From Basidiobolus meristosporus CBS 931.73 (Eukaryota; Fungi; Basidiobolomycota): 64,000 bases of DNA. The position numbers and the translations under genes were made by a program. Below are positions 12,335 to 24,495 of this stretch, piece after piece. The stretch lies in NCBI GenBank assembly GCA_002104905.1, contig MCFE01000163.1, positions 83,986 to 147,985 on the forward strand. Direction: 5' to 3'. Within the stretch, counting starts at the first letter, position 1. Every line of letters begins with the position of its first letter. The notes below the pieces were generated by a model that was given only the letters and a program-made list of their open reading frames with translations, had not been told where the DNA came from and ran no database searches.

Positions 12335-13887
12335 AATGCTCAGAGTAGGTATCTTTTATTATATTTGATTCTTTCCCAAGTTTGTTCTTGTACAGGCAAA
12401 GATACTTTTCTGTCTTTATAACTACTGACCACAGCTGCATTCTTATCAAGTCCCTGCTGGTGGAGTTTACAGTTGTTTGACTTTGGAAGCTCTAGTACAT
12501 TGTCATCTCAAAGGATGCTGAATACAGCACATACTTTTGTTAAGATACCAAGCAAGTTGGGGATTGTAGCTCAATAGTTTTCCCTTTACAAGCTGGTGGC
12601 TTTATTCCCCTTCACATTAGATTAGAGACAAAACCCCAGGTATTCCTAGCTAGCTTTTGCTAGAGATTATTGCACCCAGTGAGCACCCCACACACAAAAC
12701 ACTTGAGAAGTGTTGGACATATCTCTCCCTTGGACTTATACACCACCACAACATTGCAATGATGGCATTTTTGGATGTAAATGCCATGCAAATGTTAACA
12801 CATGCTAGAATCAGGACAGTCTCTGTGCCATATGTTGCCGGCCACATGATGGTTGTCCACTTGTACCATGTACATGGTCAGTTGTATCCCAGGATGATTA
12901 TGGCAAGAAGTAGTAGTAAATCCTCAAAGCCCCCATTACTAATATTAGTATAAACACACCACTTCTCTAGCCACAACATTACATGAATTGCTGGTGGATG
13001 GATTACTGGGCTCACTTGGCTCCATAAAGTATCCTTGGCATTTGCTTCAACAGGTGCTGTCTCATTGCATATTGGGATTTGACTGGGCTCATGCATGGTA
13101 CTGTTGTTAAGGGTGATTGGCTCACAATCCATCAGTAAGCCTTTATTGTTGGAGCTATCACTCTGCATGCCATATTCAGAAGGCTGAGGTGAGCCTGAAG
13201 GCAGCACAAACTCACCTGACTCAGTTTGTGCAAGGTTACAAAGGTGGCAGGTGCCAATATAGAAGTATCAACTGGCTGGCAAGATAATATTGGTACAGTA
13301 GTGACTGATGAATGGTCAAATATGAATTGGGTGGCAAAACACTGGCTGTGATCCTTGTAATACTTCAAATGCTGTCTGAGTCCTTCATGGCTGAGAGGCT
13401 TGCTACAATAGACACATGGTCTTTTTTCTCTTCTCTTACAGTGTTGAGTTAAAGTAGTCTTGTCCATGGGGCAAACAGTTTGACCTGCAACAATTTGATG
13501 CTATTCTATTACTTTTTGGTCAATACTCATGTGAATTTAAGACAGTCTTGTATTTGAGACATTGCACCTATATGAATGTAAGATTAAATGATGACCTGCC
13601 ATTGTAAGCATTATAAATAAAGTTGTGGCATCATATACCCACATATATGTAGCACTATTTCCCCTTTTGCTTGACTCACTCCCATATATATGCTGCCAAA
13701 AAATTAAGCAAGGTTGTCTGGTTCTCAACTAAACCCCACTGCTGACAGCAGCAGAAGAATGGTTGGACAACAGCTTGCTTTGACATTCAGTGCAACAAGT
13801 GGGGCCACATCCAAAAAAAGCCATGTTGACAGTGTGTCCACCAAAGGTAATAATGCAGACTCCTCAGGCTCTCAGTAAGGTAGTCAA

Positions 13888-15365
13888 TTGAGAGCTTCTG
13901 CAGGGCTGCAAGCTGACTGTTATGTTCAGGCAGATGAGAGTATAGGAAATGTAGTACCTTCAGTTGAAGACCAGAAGCTGGCCACTTTAATATCACCTCC
14001 ACCTATATTAGCAAGTACGTTGTCAGCTCATACTGAAGCATTAATGAAGCAACTGGGTGCTGTGGCTGATAGGATAGATGCAATAGCCCAGAGAAATCAG
14101 GAAATAGTCCAGAAGCAGGATGAGCAGATAATACCTGTAGAGCAATCAACATCCCAGGTAGAGAAAGCAGTATCTTTGCTTCAAAGAAGGAGCTCAAGTA
14201 GGTCAATATCCCAGCCAAGAATTGAGCAATTTCCCAATGTAACAGTAGAGGAACACTGTACTGTCTTTGAAATACAATAACAGTGCCCAAAGATAAAACC
14301 CACAGATAAACCTATCACAGCATGGAAGGAAGACAATGTGGAGCTTATCCCAAAGCCTAAAAATCAAAGAACATTGAAGATCCATGAAGCCATTGAGTGC
14401 AACAATGAAGAGTGGGCTAATATTCAAGAGGCCATCAGAAGTCTATCATGCCATCACCTTAAGGTTGGTATACAATGGGACCATCAGGAACTCCAGGCCA
14501 TGCAGAGTGTGCTTGACTTGTTACATGAGCATTATCCTGGATTCAAATAGGCAGACAGATTTTGGGCCTGCATTAGTATGCTGAGAAAGTATCTTAAGAA
14601 TAGCAGAAAATATCAAAGGCAGAAGAACAAGGGAGTCATGGCTAAAAACCAGTGGCTTCCTCAAGAGCCCATTACAAGCAGGGCCAAAAGATCCAAACAG
14701 TTGTTGAAGAGATGTCAGGTAGCTGGAAGAGTGCCACCTATGGACAAGCAGACAGACACAGATGCACCAGCACAACATTTATCAAGGAAAAAGTGTAGTA
14801 CCACTCTAGAAGCATTCACTCAAAGTAGCAGTGAAGGACCTTACAGTGATAAAAACCAGCAGCTTTCTCAGGAACCTGTACCACCTACAGCTGAGAGCTC
14901 AAAACAAGCAGTAAAGAAATGACAAGTTGCCAGGAGAGTGCCAGCAAGGGACAAGCAGGCCAAAACAGATGAGTCAGAGCAGAATTTATCAAGGAGAAAA
15001 CATAGTTCATTACAAGAAGCATGCAGAAAAAGTAGCAGTGAAAGACCTGGCAATGATAAATGAAAAGGTAAAGGGAAAAATGTCTACCCCGGCCTGAGAC
15101 AGGGAAGCATACAAAAAAACTGCAGCTCTTGCTAATTAATGCTATTAGCCCAGAACAGACTGAATCCCATCATAGCCAAGAAGAGTTACCAACAAGAAAG
15201 CAGCTGTTTTCACAAGAGTTGGAAGCACAGGTGGTTGAGCTACACTCCAGCAAGGTAGATGAGTTAGCAGAGAAAGGCAATTTGTCTACTACAGCCTCCA
15301 CATCCTCCATTGTTGACAGAGTTAAGATCCCAGTGACAGACAATGCTACCATGTCAAGAACTTGA
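13888..15365 (+). pseudogene. Decayed transposon-associated second ORF (divergent from the CACTA transposase)
   Basis: Consecutive broken ORFs 13888-14280, 14338-14550, 14578-14922 and 15129-15365. Includes a W-spaced helical segment (EEWANIQ...IQWDHQ...FWACISMLRKYLKN) in CpG-depleted DNA. Confidence 0.45.
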
Positions 15366-16553
15366 GCAACTATCACAATGCCTTTGGTGAAACTTGGAAC
15401 AATAATAGGCACACCAAGAAGTTGCAGCACTTATTCTAGAGCAGTGCTCAGGAAAATACACTTGAATATTGCAAGGATTTATTGCAAAGACTGGCAGATA
15501 AGGTGCTAGACCTTGCAGTGCTGGCTGAAGACCAGGATGTGTGGGAACTAGTGAATGAACAGTGGCATAAAGCTGTTGGGTTCCTATTGAAGTCATGGAA
15601 ACAGAGCATTACAGCAGATATATTTATTGAGTGGTGGATTTTAATGAAGTAAATTGTTGCATGTACAACTGAAGTTTCAACAGATCAATTTGTACACATA
15701 AAAAGTAAGAGAAACAATTGAGTCAGGAAGTACAGTGTGTGAAAAAGAGGCAATAGCCAATCAATGTACACAAACATAGGAGGTGATTGAGTGCCCAGGA
15801 TCAAAGAGTGAGAAAATAGCCAGAGAACCAATCAAAAGCCACTAAAACATTGTTGAGATGGACAATTTTGACTAAGTTTTTTGTGAAATCTGGGGTGCAA
15901 TCATTTTTCAACAGTCTCTGCACAGTGTCCTGACAGGATCCATACCTCTTAGTCACAGGACTTGGAATTTGTAATGGCCATTTGATGGGACCATCACAAT
16001 AATTTTTCATAGGGGGTCTAAACTGCTGGTGTCTGTATCACTAAGACACTACAGTAAAGGCTCCTGCTTCTCTAGCTTTTTGGGTGCTCAAAGTATCTCC
16101 AAAGGCCTCTGTGTGTCTTGCACATCACCGTCAAAAGTTCCTTGATGGCAAGTCTAAGGTGTAACTGCTGAAGGTAGGTCCAGTGATCAGCTGATACCTA
16201 CTAAGGGCCAAGTGTTACTGATAAAATGGATGATTTATTAGTGAGGATTTGACTTCCCAATGAGAAATGACATGATCAGCTCTGCTATGCTAGTGCATTG
16301 GTGTTGCTTCATTCTTAAAGTCACTGGTATTGGCTTTGCAATATGATGAAACATACTTCAACTTGAACAGATTTCAATATCTGATGCTTAAGGTAATATG
16401 GATACTATTTGGACTGGTGCTCCCGTATCTAGAATTGTCAGACCTGAAACCAAGTCCTCTTGATGCAACTACTCCTACATAGAGTACCTGCATGGCTTTG
16501 GAGTACTCCTAGGAAGCTCTAAAGAGCATATGTGCATAGTATGGGGCTATTAG

Positions 16554-16903
16554 CATTGTAAAAATTTGGAATTCCACCTAAATACTCACCTAACTTAGTC
16601 ACTTGGATCATTACCATCAAGTCATAGAGAATACTGACCAAATTTCTTGTCAGCATTTACTTGGAATATTTTCACCAAAATACCAAGTACCCAGAATATG
16701 AGAGTTGTCAAAGTTGTCCAAACAGTCCCAAAGTTTGTACACATGTTTTTGGGACCCTCCTAAACCTTCTCTATGTGTTTGTTATGCCAAGATCATGTAA
16801 CAGTATAAATACTACTTTTACATTCAATAAATCATTAAGTGTAAACCAAATTATCTACTTGTCCTTGCAAATCACTTCCAATATCTCCAAAACTCTTACA
16901 ACA
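16554..16903 (+). repeat. Copia solo LTR of the same family
   Basis: 350 bp homologous to 5796-6145; ends CTCTTACAACA; degenerate TSD ATTAG/ATTTG; no PBS or internal sequence follows. Confidence 0.9.
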
Positions 16904-19504
16904 ATTTGAACACCTTTAATATTCTTAATGATCTATGCTCCTGCTATTCTGGTGAGAATATCCTCAGTAAATCTTGACAAAGAATTTGGGCAGAGCACTC
17001 CAAAATCTGAAGACTTGGAACCTAGTGACTAAGCTAGGTGACTATTTAGGCTTAATGACAAAGTTGGCTGCTGGTGGTTGTTAGGTTCCTGATAATATTG
17101 GTAATCTTGTCTCAATGAGTCACTGATTGAATCAAATCATGCTGTGAATCTTGTTAGGTTCTACAGAGCTTGTGTGAATCATCCATACAGATTTCTAATT
17201 ATGTAGTGGTGTATAGGTCTCAGAGTGATTGATGACCAACACTGTGCAAATGGCTTGTGTGAGGTGCCCACTAGGTGCAAGAACATCTGGCCATAGTATG
17301 CTTGAAGTACCTGGGATTTGTCATTACACCAATATGATGGGAATAAAGTCAAAAGCCTGTCCCATTGAAAACCTGAAACTTGGAATTCATCAGATTTCTC
17401 ACTGGTATTCTGCTGGCAATGAACTGGTGCTTTCTATTCATATTTTCAGGTGAAAACTCCCTCAAATTAGTAGGTGGCTGATTATCAGGTTTGATATGAA
17501 TGCTAGTTGGCCCAGCCTCCTTCTTGAAAATATATCTGCTTGTCTGCCAATAAGCCAAAACCTGGGATATTGAGGGCTGTAGGTATTGGAAAACTTGGAG
17601 TTCAGCTGCCATTGTGATGGTATGCTGCTGGCCTTTTCATAACTTTTCTCTCAGGGGTCAGGCAAAAGTTATTGAGCCACAGTCCCTAGCTTGGTTGGTG
17701 TCATAGAAAAGTATGTGGTGGGCTCAGCATCAATTGTGGTGATTATTTATCAAAGGCACTGAAGTCAAGAGAACTGTAAACTCCACCAGCAGGGACTAAA
17801 TCAGATTGCAGATTTGTACAATAGTTACAAAGACAGAGAAGAATCATTGCTTGCAAAAGTACATATTTGGGAAAGATTGAAATACAATGAAGGATACAAA
17901 TTCTAGGTCCTCCTTAGAAGTAGTGCCTCCAAGGTCAGTTGGCTTGTACAGTTTCCTGGGAATGTCTCTTGGTCCAGGATTAAAAACTCAGGTAGCAGTA
18001 GGTAGCAGCAACAACACTAAGCAACCAAGTTCTCCCAAAAATCTTGAACAATACCAAGTCCCTCACAACACTGGATACCAGATGTTTTGGTGAAAATATC
18101 CAGAGTAAGCCCTAACAATGGGGATGGATAGGAAATAGTAAGGTTCATAGGTGGTGATCTGCCTGACCAAGCCAATGTAAATATACAGGTATAAGTATAA
18201 TACTTACCACAGGAAGTAGCATGGCTTGGCAAGCTTGTCAATCGCTAAGGATTATTTCCAATTCTACCACCGTGATACTTGAAGATAATCAAGCTTATAT
18301 GCAATGAGGTAGAAATGCTATGTCTGAATAAAGTGTATGGATGTTGAACACCATTTAATCCAAGAGACTATACTTGGCCATGGCAGCAGAGCGTGCGACA
18401 GTCACCAAGAATATCCAGAAGTCCGTGTGACCCAGAGAGCTACCCACCAACTTGACTTGACATATTGGGGGATGGTCGGAGTATCATCCAGTTGGCAGAA
18501 AAAGGCACAGTGACCGGATGTTCCCGGGCATCTCCAAAATACATCCCCCCCAAAATCACTCTCCGCTGCCACCTTCAATCTGGTGAGCCAATGTTCGAAC
18601 TCCCGGGATCACTGCCAACACTTCGCATTCACTTGCAATAGGCTATGGGTCCCAAGGTTGCTGTCACTTTGCTTTGGCTGGGCTTCTGCTGGCCTGGGGC
18701 AAGACTGCATGCTCTACACCACCGTTGGCATGAAGGATGTTGTTGGTTTTGCTGAGGTGAACCCTAACGTTGGCTATGGCACAGCTGAGCGTCAGTATAC
18801 AAGCGATCGGAACGACCTTCCAGAACTGTGTACCACAGCAGTAACCACAACTCAACATCCGTATTGGGGGGGCCGCTGCCTGGACCGCGGATGTCACATC
18901 CCAACTGCACCAACACTTCTGCAGAAGAAATGGACCCGCTTGCAAAGTGGGTTTGGAACCTCCCTCCCCCCGTGGCAACAAATCGGCGTGGCTTGAACCA
19001 TGGACCAGATCACGGTCCGACCGGAAGCCCACCAACCAGAGTAGGGGTGAATTTCCAATGGATTACCGAGTCCTACCATCTACGATCAGGAGACCACCCT
19101 TCCCGAGACGTGCTAGGACGTTGGGCGCCGTTCCCATCCCCCAACAAAGCGTGGGTTGGATCCAACCGGTTTCCGAGGTCTGGTGTCACATAACCTGACC
19201 GGTTGGGCATCCGGTCGTTGAGCACGAAGTACGGTTCCCCGTCCGCCATCCACTCGGAGCCGAATCTTACCCCCCCCCTCCTTCCCCACCAATCCAGTTT
19301 CTTCCCGGGCACGTTGTCCCATCCAAGAGCAACGGATCATCTAAAATCCTATTGAGAGGGGGGGGGTGAGAAAAGGGAGGGACTTCCCAGACTACCTTGG
19401 CCAAACAAAACAATCGAGGGGATGTTAAGTAAACAGGTTCACAGTTGTTTATTACCAGGTGTTTGGTTAGGGGTGTGGGTGTGGGTGTAGGTAGGAGTGG
19501 CGGC

Positions 19505-20032
19505 TCACGCCTGGCGAGCAAAGTTCTGGGTCCAGTAGGCACCATTAGCCACGTACCCGGAACCGAAGTGGGTGTACTGGGGGTTAAGGATGTTCCTACG
19601 ATGTCCGGGGGAGTTCATCCAGCCCTTCATCACCGCGTCGATGCTAGCATACCCCTTGGCAACATTCTCGCCTATAGCGGACCACTTGAATCCGGTCTCG
19701 TTGACCCGCGTGCTCAGGGGTCTGCCCGGCTCGTCGTGGGTCATCTGGCCGACCCGAGCCTGGTAGTCGGTGTGCTTCTGGGCGGCTTGCACTAGGCGAT
19801 CGTCGAGCTTCAGGGCGGGTTGTCCATTCATCTGACGTTGCTGGTTGACCAACTGGAGCATCTTCTGCAGATCCCCGTTACCAGTGCCGGAGCCAGTCTG
19901 GCCGGTAGAGGGGGGGAGCTTCTTGGGACGGGAGGGGATGCGCCGCACCGGGCGACCCATGGGGGCGGCGAAGATCAACACCGCCTGGAGAAGGAGGAAT
20001 GAGATGCAAATGAGGACGGTCCAGCCTTTCAT
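19505..20032 (-). CDS. Secreted CAP/SCP-domain protein, bacterial (YkwD-like) cysteine-free type
   Basis: Signal peptide MKGWTVLICISFLLLQAVLIFA; motifs GENVAKG, GWMNSPGHRRNILN, YWTQNF; intronless. Confidence 0.9.
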   Translation of the reverse strand: MKGWTVLICISFLLLQAVLIFAAPMGRPVRRIPSRPKKLPPSTGQTGSGTGNGDLQKMLQLVNQQRQMNGQPALKLDDRLVQAAQKHTDYQARVGQMTHDEPGRPLSTRVNETGFKWSAIGENVAKGYASIDAVMKGWMNSPGHRRNILNPQYTHFGSGYVANGAYWTQNFARQA

Positions 20033-20712
20033 TTTTACTTGTTTCTGTCGAACAACAGAGATATACGCTTCCCCCCCCCAACGGGGGTGACCACCCATTT
20101 ATACATGGACCCGGTGGCAAGGTCACGATCCGTGGTATGTTACTCAAGTCACAGTCAATTTCACTGCTCCAATGTGGCACTCGGGAGGAAATCACCTGCA
20201 TGGTTTTCGTTGGATTCGATGTAGTGGTGGATTCTCTTGGGACCGAGTATGGACCGCAGCTTCTGCTCGTGGCAAGCACCCGGTTGCATCGAAAGCTCTT
20301 GTGTCGCGGGCTACCTGCTGTCGGGGATGAATTGGCAGGTGTGGAATGAGGCTGGCAGGATATGGTAAGCGTTTGATGTGACACACATCGACCGTCTAGG
20401 TTACGGTGGGATCCTGCTAGCGAGGGATCTTCCCAAGAGAGACGGGGATCATCGACCGCAGGTGATGTTTGATATACAAAGGAAAAGCACTTTTGAAAAC
20501 TCATCTTTAATCAGATTGATGGTGTCAACCAAGAATGGCCGGGATGTTGGGGCCAGATTGTTCTATTAACAGGGATCGGTGGAGGGGGGGTGGTTGTCCG
20601 GCCGGCTCGGATATTATATTACAGAACACACTGGTGGAGACCGGACATTCTAGGACTACTTGAGACGGGTGAAAATCTACAGATCGGTGTGCACAGCTCC
20701 ATCACTTTTAAG

Positions 20713-21525
20713 TCAGGTGCAGCTCTGAAGGCTCAACGGGGTGGGAGGCTGGGTGATTTGGACATCCTCCGTGCAATAGAAATGGGTACCGAAGATGGGG
20801 AAGCAATCGGCGCATATGTATTCGTCCTTTCGACACCGCTCGCACCATTGTTTACGAACGATCCCCCCGGGAGAACAGTCAAAGCAACGGCCTCTGCCAC
20901 AGGTCCGACAGTAGACTGGCAACTCGCTGTGCTTCTTGGCGAGGATGTCGATGTGGAATTTTGGATTGCATGTGAGTCGGACCAGGGTGTTTCGTAAGGC
21001 TGGCAGCAGCCAGGACACCACCCCGCAGTAACGTTTCCGAAACTCCGCCTCGGTGGGGTGGCCGAACAGGTTCAGCGTTTGGAAGTTTCCGAAAGGGGGT
21101 CGGTTGGTTCCCAGGAATCTCTGGAAAAGGGACACCAGGGTGATGATATCCAACCGGTTGCAGTTGAGAAGGGAAAGCTGGTTCAGTTGGGAGCATTTTT
21201 TGAACACCAGCTCCAGACAATCCGCAGTCACCTCGGTGTTGTTGAAGGAGAGCTCGTTGATCTGGTTCGCGGAATCTGCCAACAGACCCGACTGGAACGC
21301 CTGGTTGATTCTGGACTCGATCGCGGTTTGTTGTTCGTGGAGTTTGCTGGGATTGGTCAACCTGAAGTGGTGGATGTTTAGGTTGACCTTTTGCCAGCAG
21401 TTGCTTCTGGAAAGGGAAAGGTAAAGTCGGTGGCATGTGAGGGCTACATGGATGATGTCAGGTGTGGAAAGGCTTTGGCATATTTGATCCAAGAGCTCTT
21501 GGGAGAGTGTGGGCAATGAATGCAT
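20713..21525 (-). CDS. F-box protein with an LRR-like middle region and a Cys-rich C-terminus
   Basis: LPTLSQELLDQICQSLSTPDIIHVALTCHRLY is an F-box; LSLLNCNRL is LRR-like; four CxxC pairs. Confidence 0.8.
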   Translation of the reverse strand: MHSLPTLSQELLDQICQSLSTPDIIHVALTCHRLYLSLSRSNCWQKVNLNIHHFRLTNPSKLHEQQTAIESRINQAFQSGLLADSANQINELSFNNTEVTADCLELVFKKCSQLNQLSLLNCNRLDIITLVSLFQRFLGTNRPPFGNFQTLNLFGHPTEAEFRKRYCGVVSWLLPALRNTLVRLTCNPKFHIDILAKKHSELPVYCRTCGRGRCFDCSPGGIVRKQWCERCRKDEYICADCFPIFGTHFYCTEDVQITQPPTPLSLQSCT

Positions 21526-21979
21526 GGAAGATGATGGTTGATGGGAATTGGGAGAGGGTGACTAATTTAAAGGAGCCACGGTGGGATGTGACTGGATAGG
21601 CAACTAATCGCAATGCAAACCCAATCGAAGCCCATCGGCGCCAATCGTGCAAGTTCCTATAAGTCGCCTTTGACTGAATCAGTCTGGAAATGCTAGAAAT
21701 GTATTGGTATATATGGCAGGCATTCATTGATTGTTCTTACACAGAATCTCTGTCATGTGATTCCCTGTGCATGGGGCAGTTTCCGTAGTGAGACGAAACT
21801 GTGTATAAACATGTTTCCACCTAAATGCGATGGGGTTGAGGGTTTAGTATTGAGTAGCCATTACATATATATATATATATTTATTTATTAGAGTTTTCAT
21901 TGAAGATACATAATATAGCCGGGTGAAATCTGCACCAGCCGTGGCAATGCATTTGATGGATATCATCTCCGCTCCCCGC

Positions 21980-24031
21980 TTAGAGTTCGTCGTGCTCAGG
22001 CACATCCTCTGAAGCCTGGCCATCGGCCTGGCCGCCAGCCTCCCCGTAAAGTTTGCTTGTGATTGGATTTACAACGGCCTCTAGCTCGGCTTTCTGCTCG
22101 TCTATATCCTCCTTGGTTGCCGAAGAGGCGTGCTCCTCCAGCCAATCAACCTTGGTCTTGATGGTGTCCAAGATCTTGGTTTTATCTTCCTCGGAGAGTT
22201 TGCCACCTAGCTGGGACTCGTCATTGACTTGATTCTTCAGGGTGTACAACAGATTCTCGAAGCCATTCTTGGCCTCGATGCGGTCCTTTAAGGCCTTGTC
22301 CTCGTCGGCGAACTCCTCAGCCTCACGAACCATTCGCTCGATCTCTTCTTCCGAGAGTCTTTCCTTGTCGTTGGTAAGAGTGATGGATTCGGATTTTCCG
22401 GTCGCCTTGTCGGCAGCAGAGACTTTGAGGATCCCGTTGACGTCGAACTCGAAAGTGACCTCGATCTGGGGGACTCCGCGGGGAGCTGGGGGGATCCCAG
22501 TAAGCTCGAACTTCCCTAGAAGGTTGTTATCCTTGGTCAGCGGTCTCTCTCCCTCAAATACTTGGATCAGCACTGCCGGCTGGTTGTCGACGGCGGTGGA
22601 GAAGATCTGAGACTTCTTGGTGGGAATGGCAGTATTCCGAGGAATCAGCTTGGTCATAACACCCCCAGTGGTCTCTATACCAAGAGTCAATGGGTTGACA
22701 TCTAGCACAACCAAGCTCTCCACTCCCTCATCTCCGGACAGGATTCCTCCTTGGACGGCGGCCCCATAAGCAACTGCCTCATCGGGGTTGATACCTTTGG
22801 AGGCCTTCTTGCCGTCGAAGAACTCTTCCAGCAACGCCACCACCTTGGGAATACGAGTGGACCCACCGACAAGGATGATGTCATGGATGTCAGATTTCGA
22901 CAGGCTGGAGTCCTTTAGGACCTGCTCCACCGGCTTAATGGTTTTCTTGAATAGATCGTTGTTCAACTCCTCGAACTTGGCCCTGGTCAAAGTCTCGGAG
23001 AAATCCTCGCCATCGAAGAACGACTCGATCTCCACTCTGACCGACATCTGCGAAGACAGGGTTCGCTTGGCCTTCTCCACCTCTCTCTTCAACTTGCCCA
23101 TGGATTTCAGGTCCTTCGTGACGTCCTTCTTGGTCTTCTTCTTGTATTGTTTGACGAAGAAATCGATCACCCGGTTGTCAAAGTCCTCTCCTCCGAGATG
23201 GGTGTCGCCAGACGTTGCGAGGACCTCGAAAACCCCGTCATCAATGGAAAGAAGCGAGACATCGAAAGTGCCTCCACCCAGGTCGAACACCAAGATATGC
23301 CGCTCCCCTTCAGTCTTATCCAGGCCATAGGCGATGGCGGCAGCGGTGGGCTCACTGATGATGCGCAGTACGGTCAATCCGGCAATGGTACCAGCATCCT
23401 TGGTGGCCTGACGTTGGGCATCATTGAAGTAGGCGGGGACGGTCACAACAGCATGGGTCACCTTCTTGCCCAAGTAAGCCTCGGCGGTGTCCTTCATCTT
23501 TCCTAGGATCATGCTGGAGATCTCTTCAGGGGTGAAGACCTTGTCCTGGCCCTTGACCTTCACCTGGATGTTGGGCTTTCCTTCGTTATCCACCACGGTG
23601 AATGGGAAATGCTTGAGATCGTCCTGGACCTCTTTCTCGTTGAACCGACGACCAATCAATCGTTTCGCGTCGAACACAGTGTTGGTGGGGTTCGAGGGGG
23701 CCTGATTCTTGGCGGCATCACCAATGAGTCGCTCTTCGTCGGTGAACGCGACGTAGGATGGAGTGATCCGATGCCCCTGATCGTTGGCAATGATATCAAC
23801 ATGGCCGTTCTTGAACACACCCACGCACGAGTACGTGGTTCCTAGATCAATCCCGATCACTAAAGAAAACCCCCCAAGTCAGGTCAGCAGCAACCCCGGC
23901 AAGAAAAGTGCGAACGTTGGCTTACCTGTTCCGTAATCTTCCCTGGACTCGTTCTCAGCACGTGCCACCAGAAGTGGCGAGAGCAGAAGCAGAAATGGTA
24001 TCAAGAGTGTAGAAAATCGGGATTTGCGCAT
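21980..24031 (-). CDS. KAR2: ER Hsp70 chaperone BiP
   Basis: Signal-peptide exon 24031-23926, intron 23860-23925, then [19 protein letters not shown] and C-terminal HDEL. Confidence 0.98.
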
Positions 24032-24495
24032 CTTCCTCTACTTCGCGTGGTTATAAATGGTTCGCAGTCTAGTCGGTGAATTGGGTGAAGCGAGAGGCAA
24101 TGTAGTTTGGCTTCTTCAAAGAAGAACTGTACAAAAGGAGACGAGCGTCCATCAAGCAACTTTTATACGAAGCTAAGCCTTCGAATTGAACGGACTGTCA
24201 ATCCTTGAAAACCAGTGACAACAAGACGTTGTCAGCCGTTGATTGGTTGATTCAGCGATGCGACGGACAAGCACTCAGCGAGCTGATCAACCACTTGCCT
24301 AACCCCGAATATAGATTTGGAGCCCGATGATTTGCTGAAACGATACAAGGAGAATGTGGAACGTGAGAGAATTTTGGGACCCATCGGTAGCGTGGTGGGT
24401 ATTATTGATGAAATCTACGCCAAAGCACAACATGGAGTTTAACTGATCTTGCAGATACTTTTATTAAGGATTCAATACGAAAGTTGAATGATTGC

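Larger units (their letters stand above)
4770..13467 (-). mobile_element. Degenerate CACTA/EnSpm transposase gene interrupted by the complete Copia (5796-10590) and a probable solo LTR (11939-12334)
   Basis: Minus-strand motifs occur in the expected order: N-terminal CxxC...H (13132-13467); FVLDGF...CCPLILINLNL...SWPKSLSNLDSYL (11173-11463, Transposase_21-like); LHLWEFPMEQMCG (5375-5617, equivalent to WAFPMERxCG). Confidence 0.8.

Noticed and set aside
16380-16440. Possible Gypsy protease motif (TGAPVS) remnant
   Set aside because: Needs a frameshift to give DTGA, and no other domain supports it.
17230-17340. Possible hAT dimerisation-domain remnant on the minus strand
   Set aside because: Only recognisable after assuming several frameshifts; too weak to call.
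1-18300. Classical Neurospora-type RIP
   Set aside because: CpA is abundant and only CpG is depleted, which fits CpG methylation-linked decay instead.
18400-19400. Overlapping short ORFs in CpG-normal DNA at the island edge
   Set aside because: No recognisable domain, start context or splice pattern; left unassigned.
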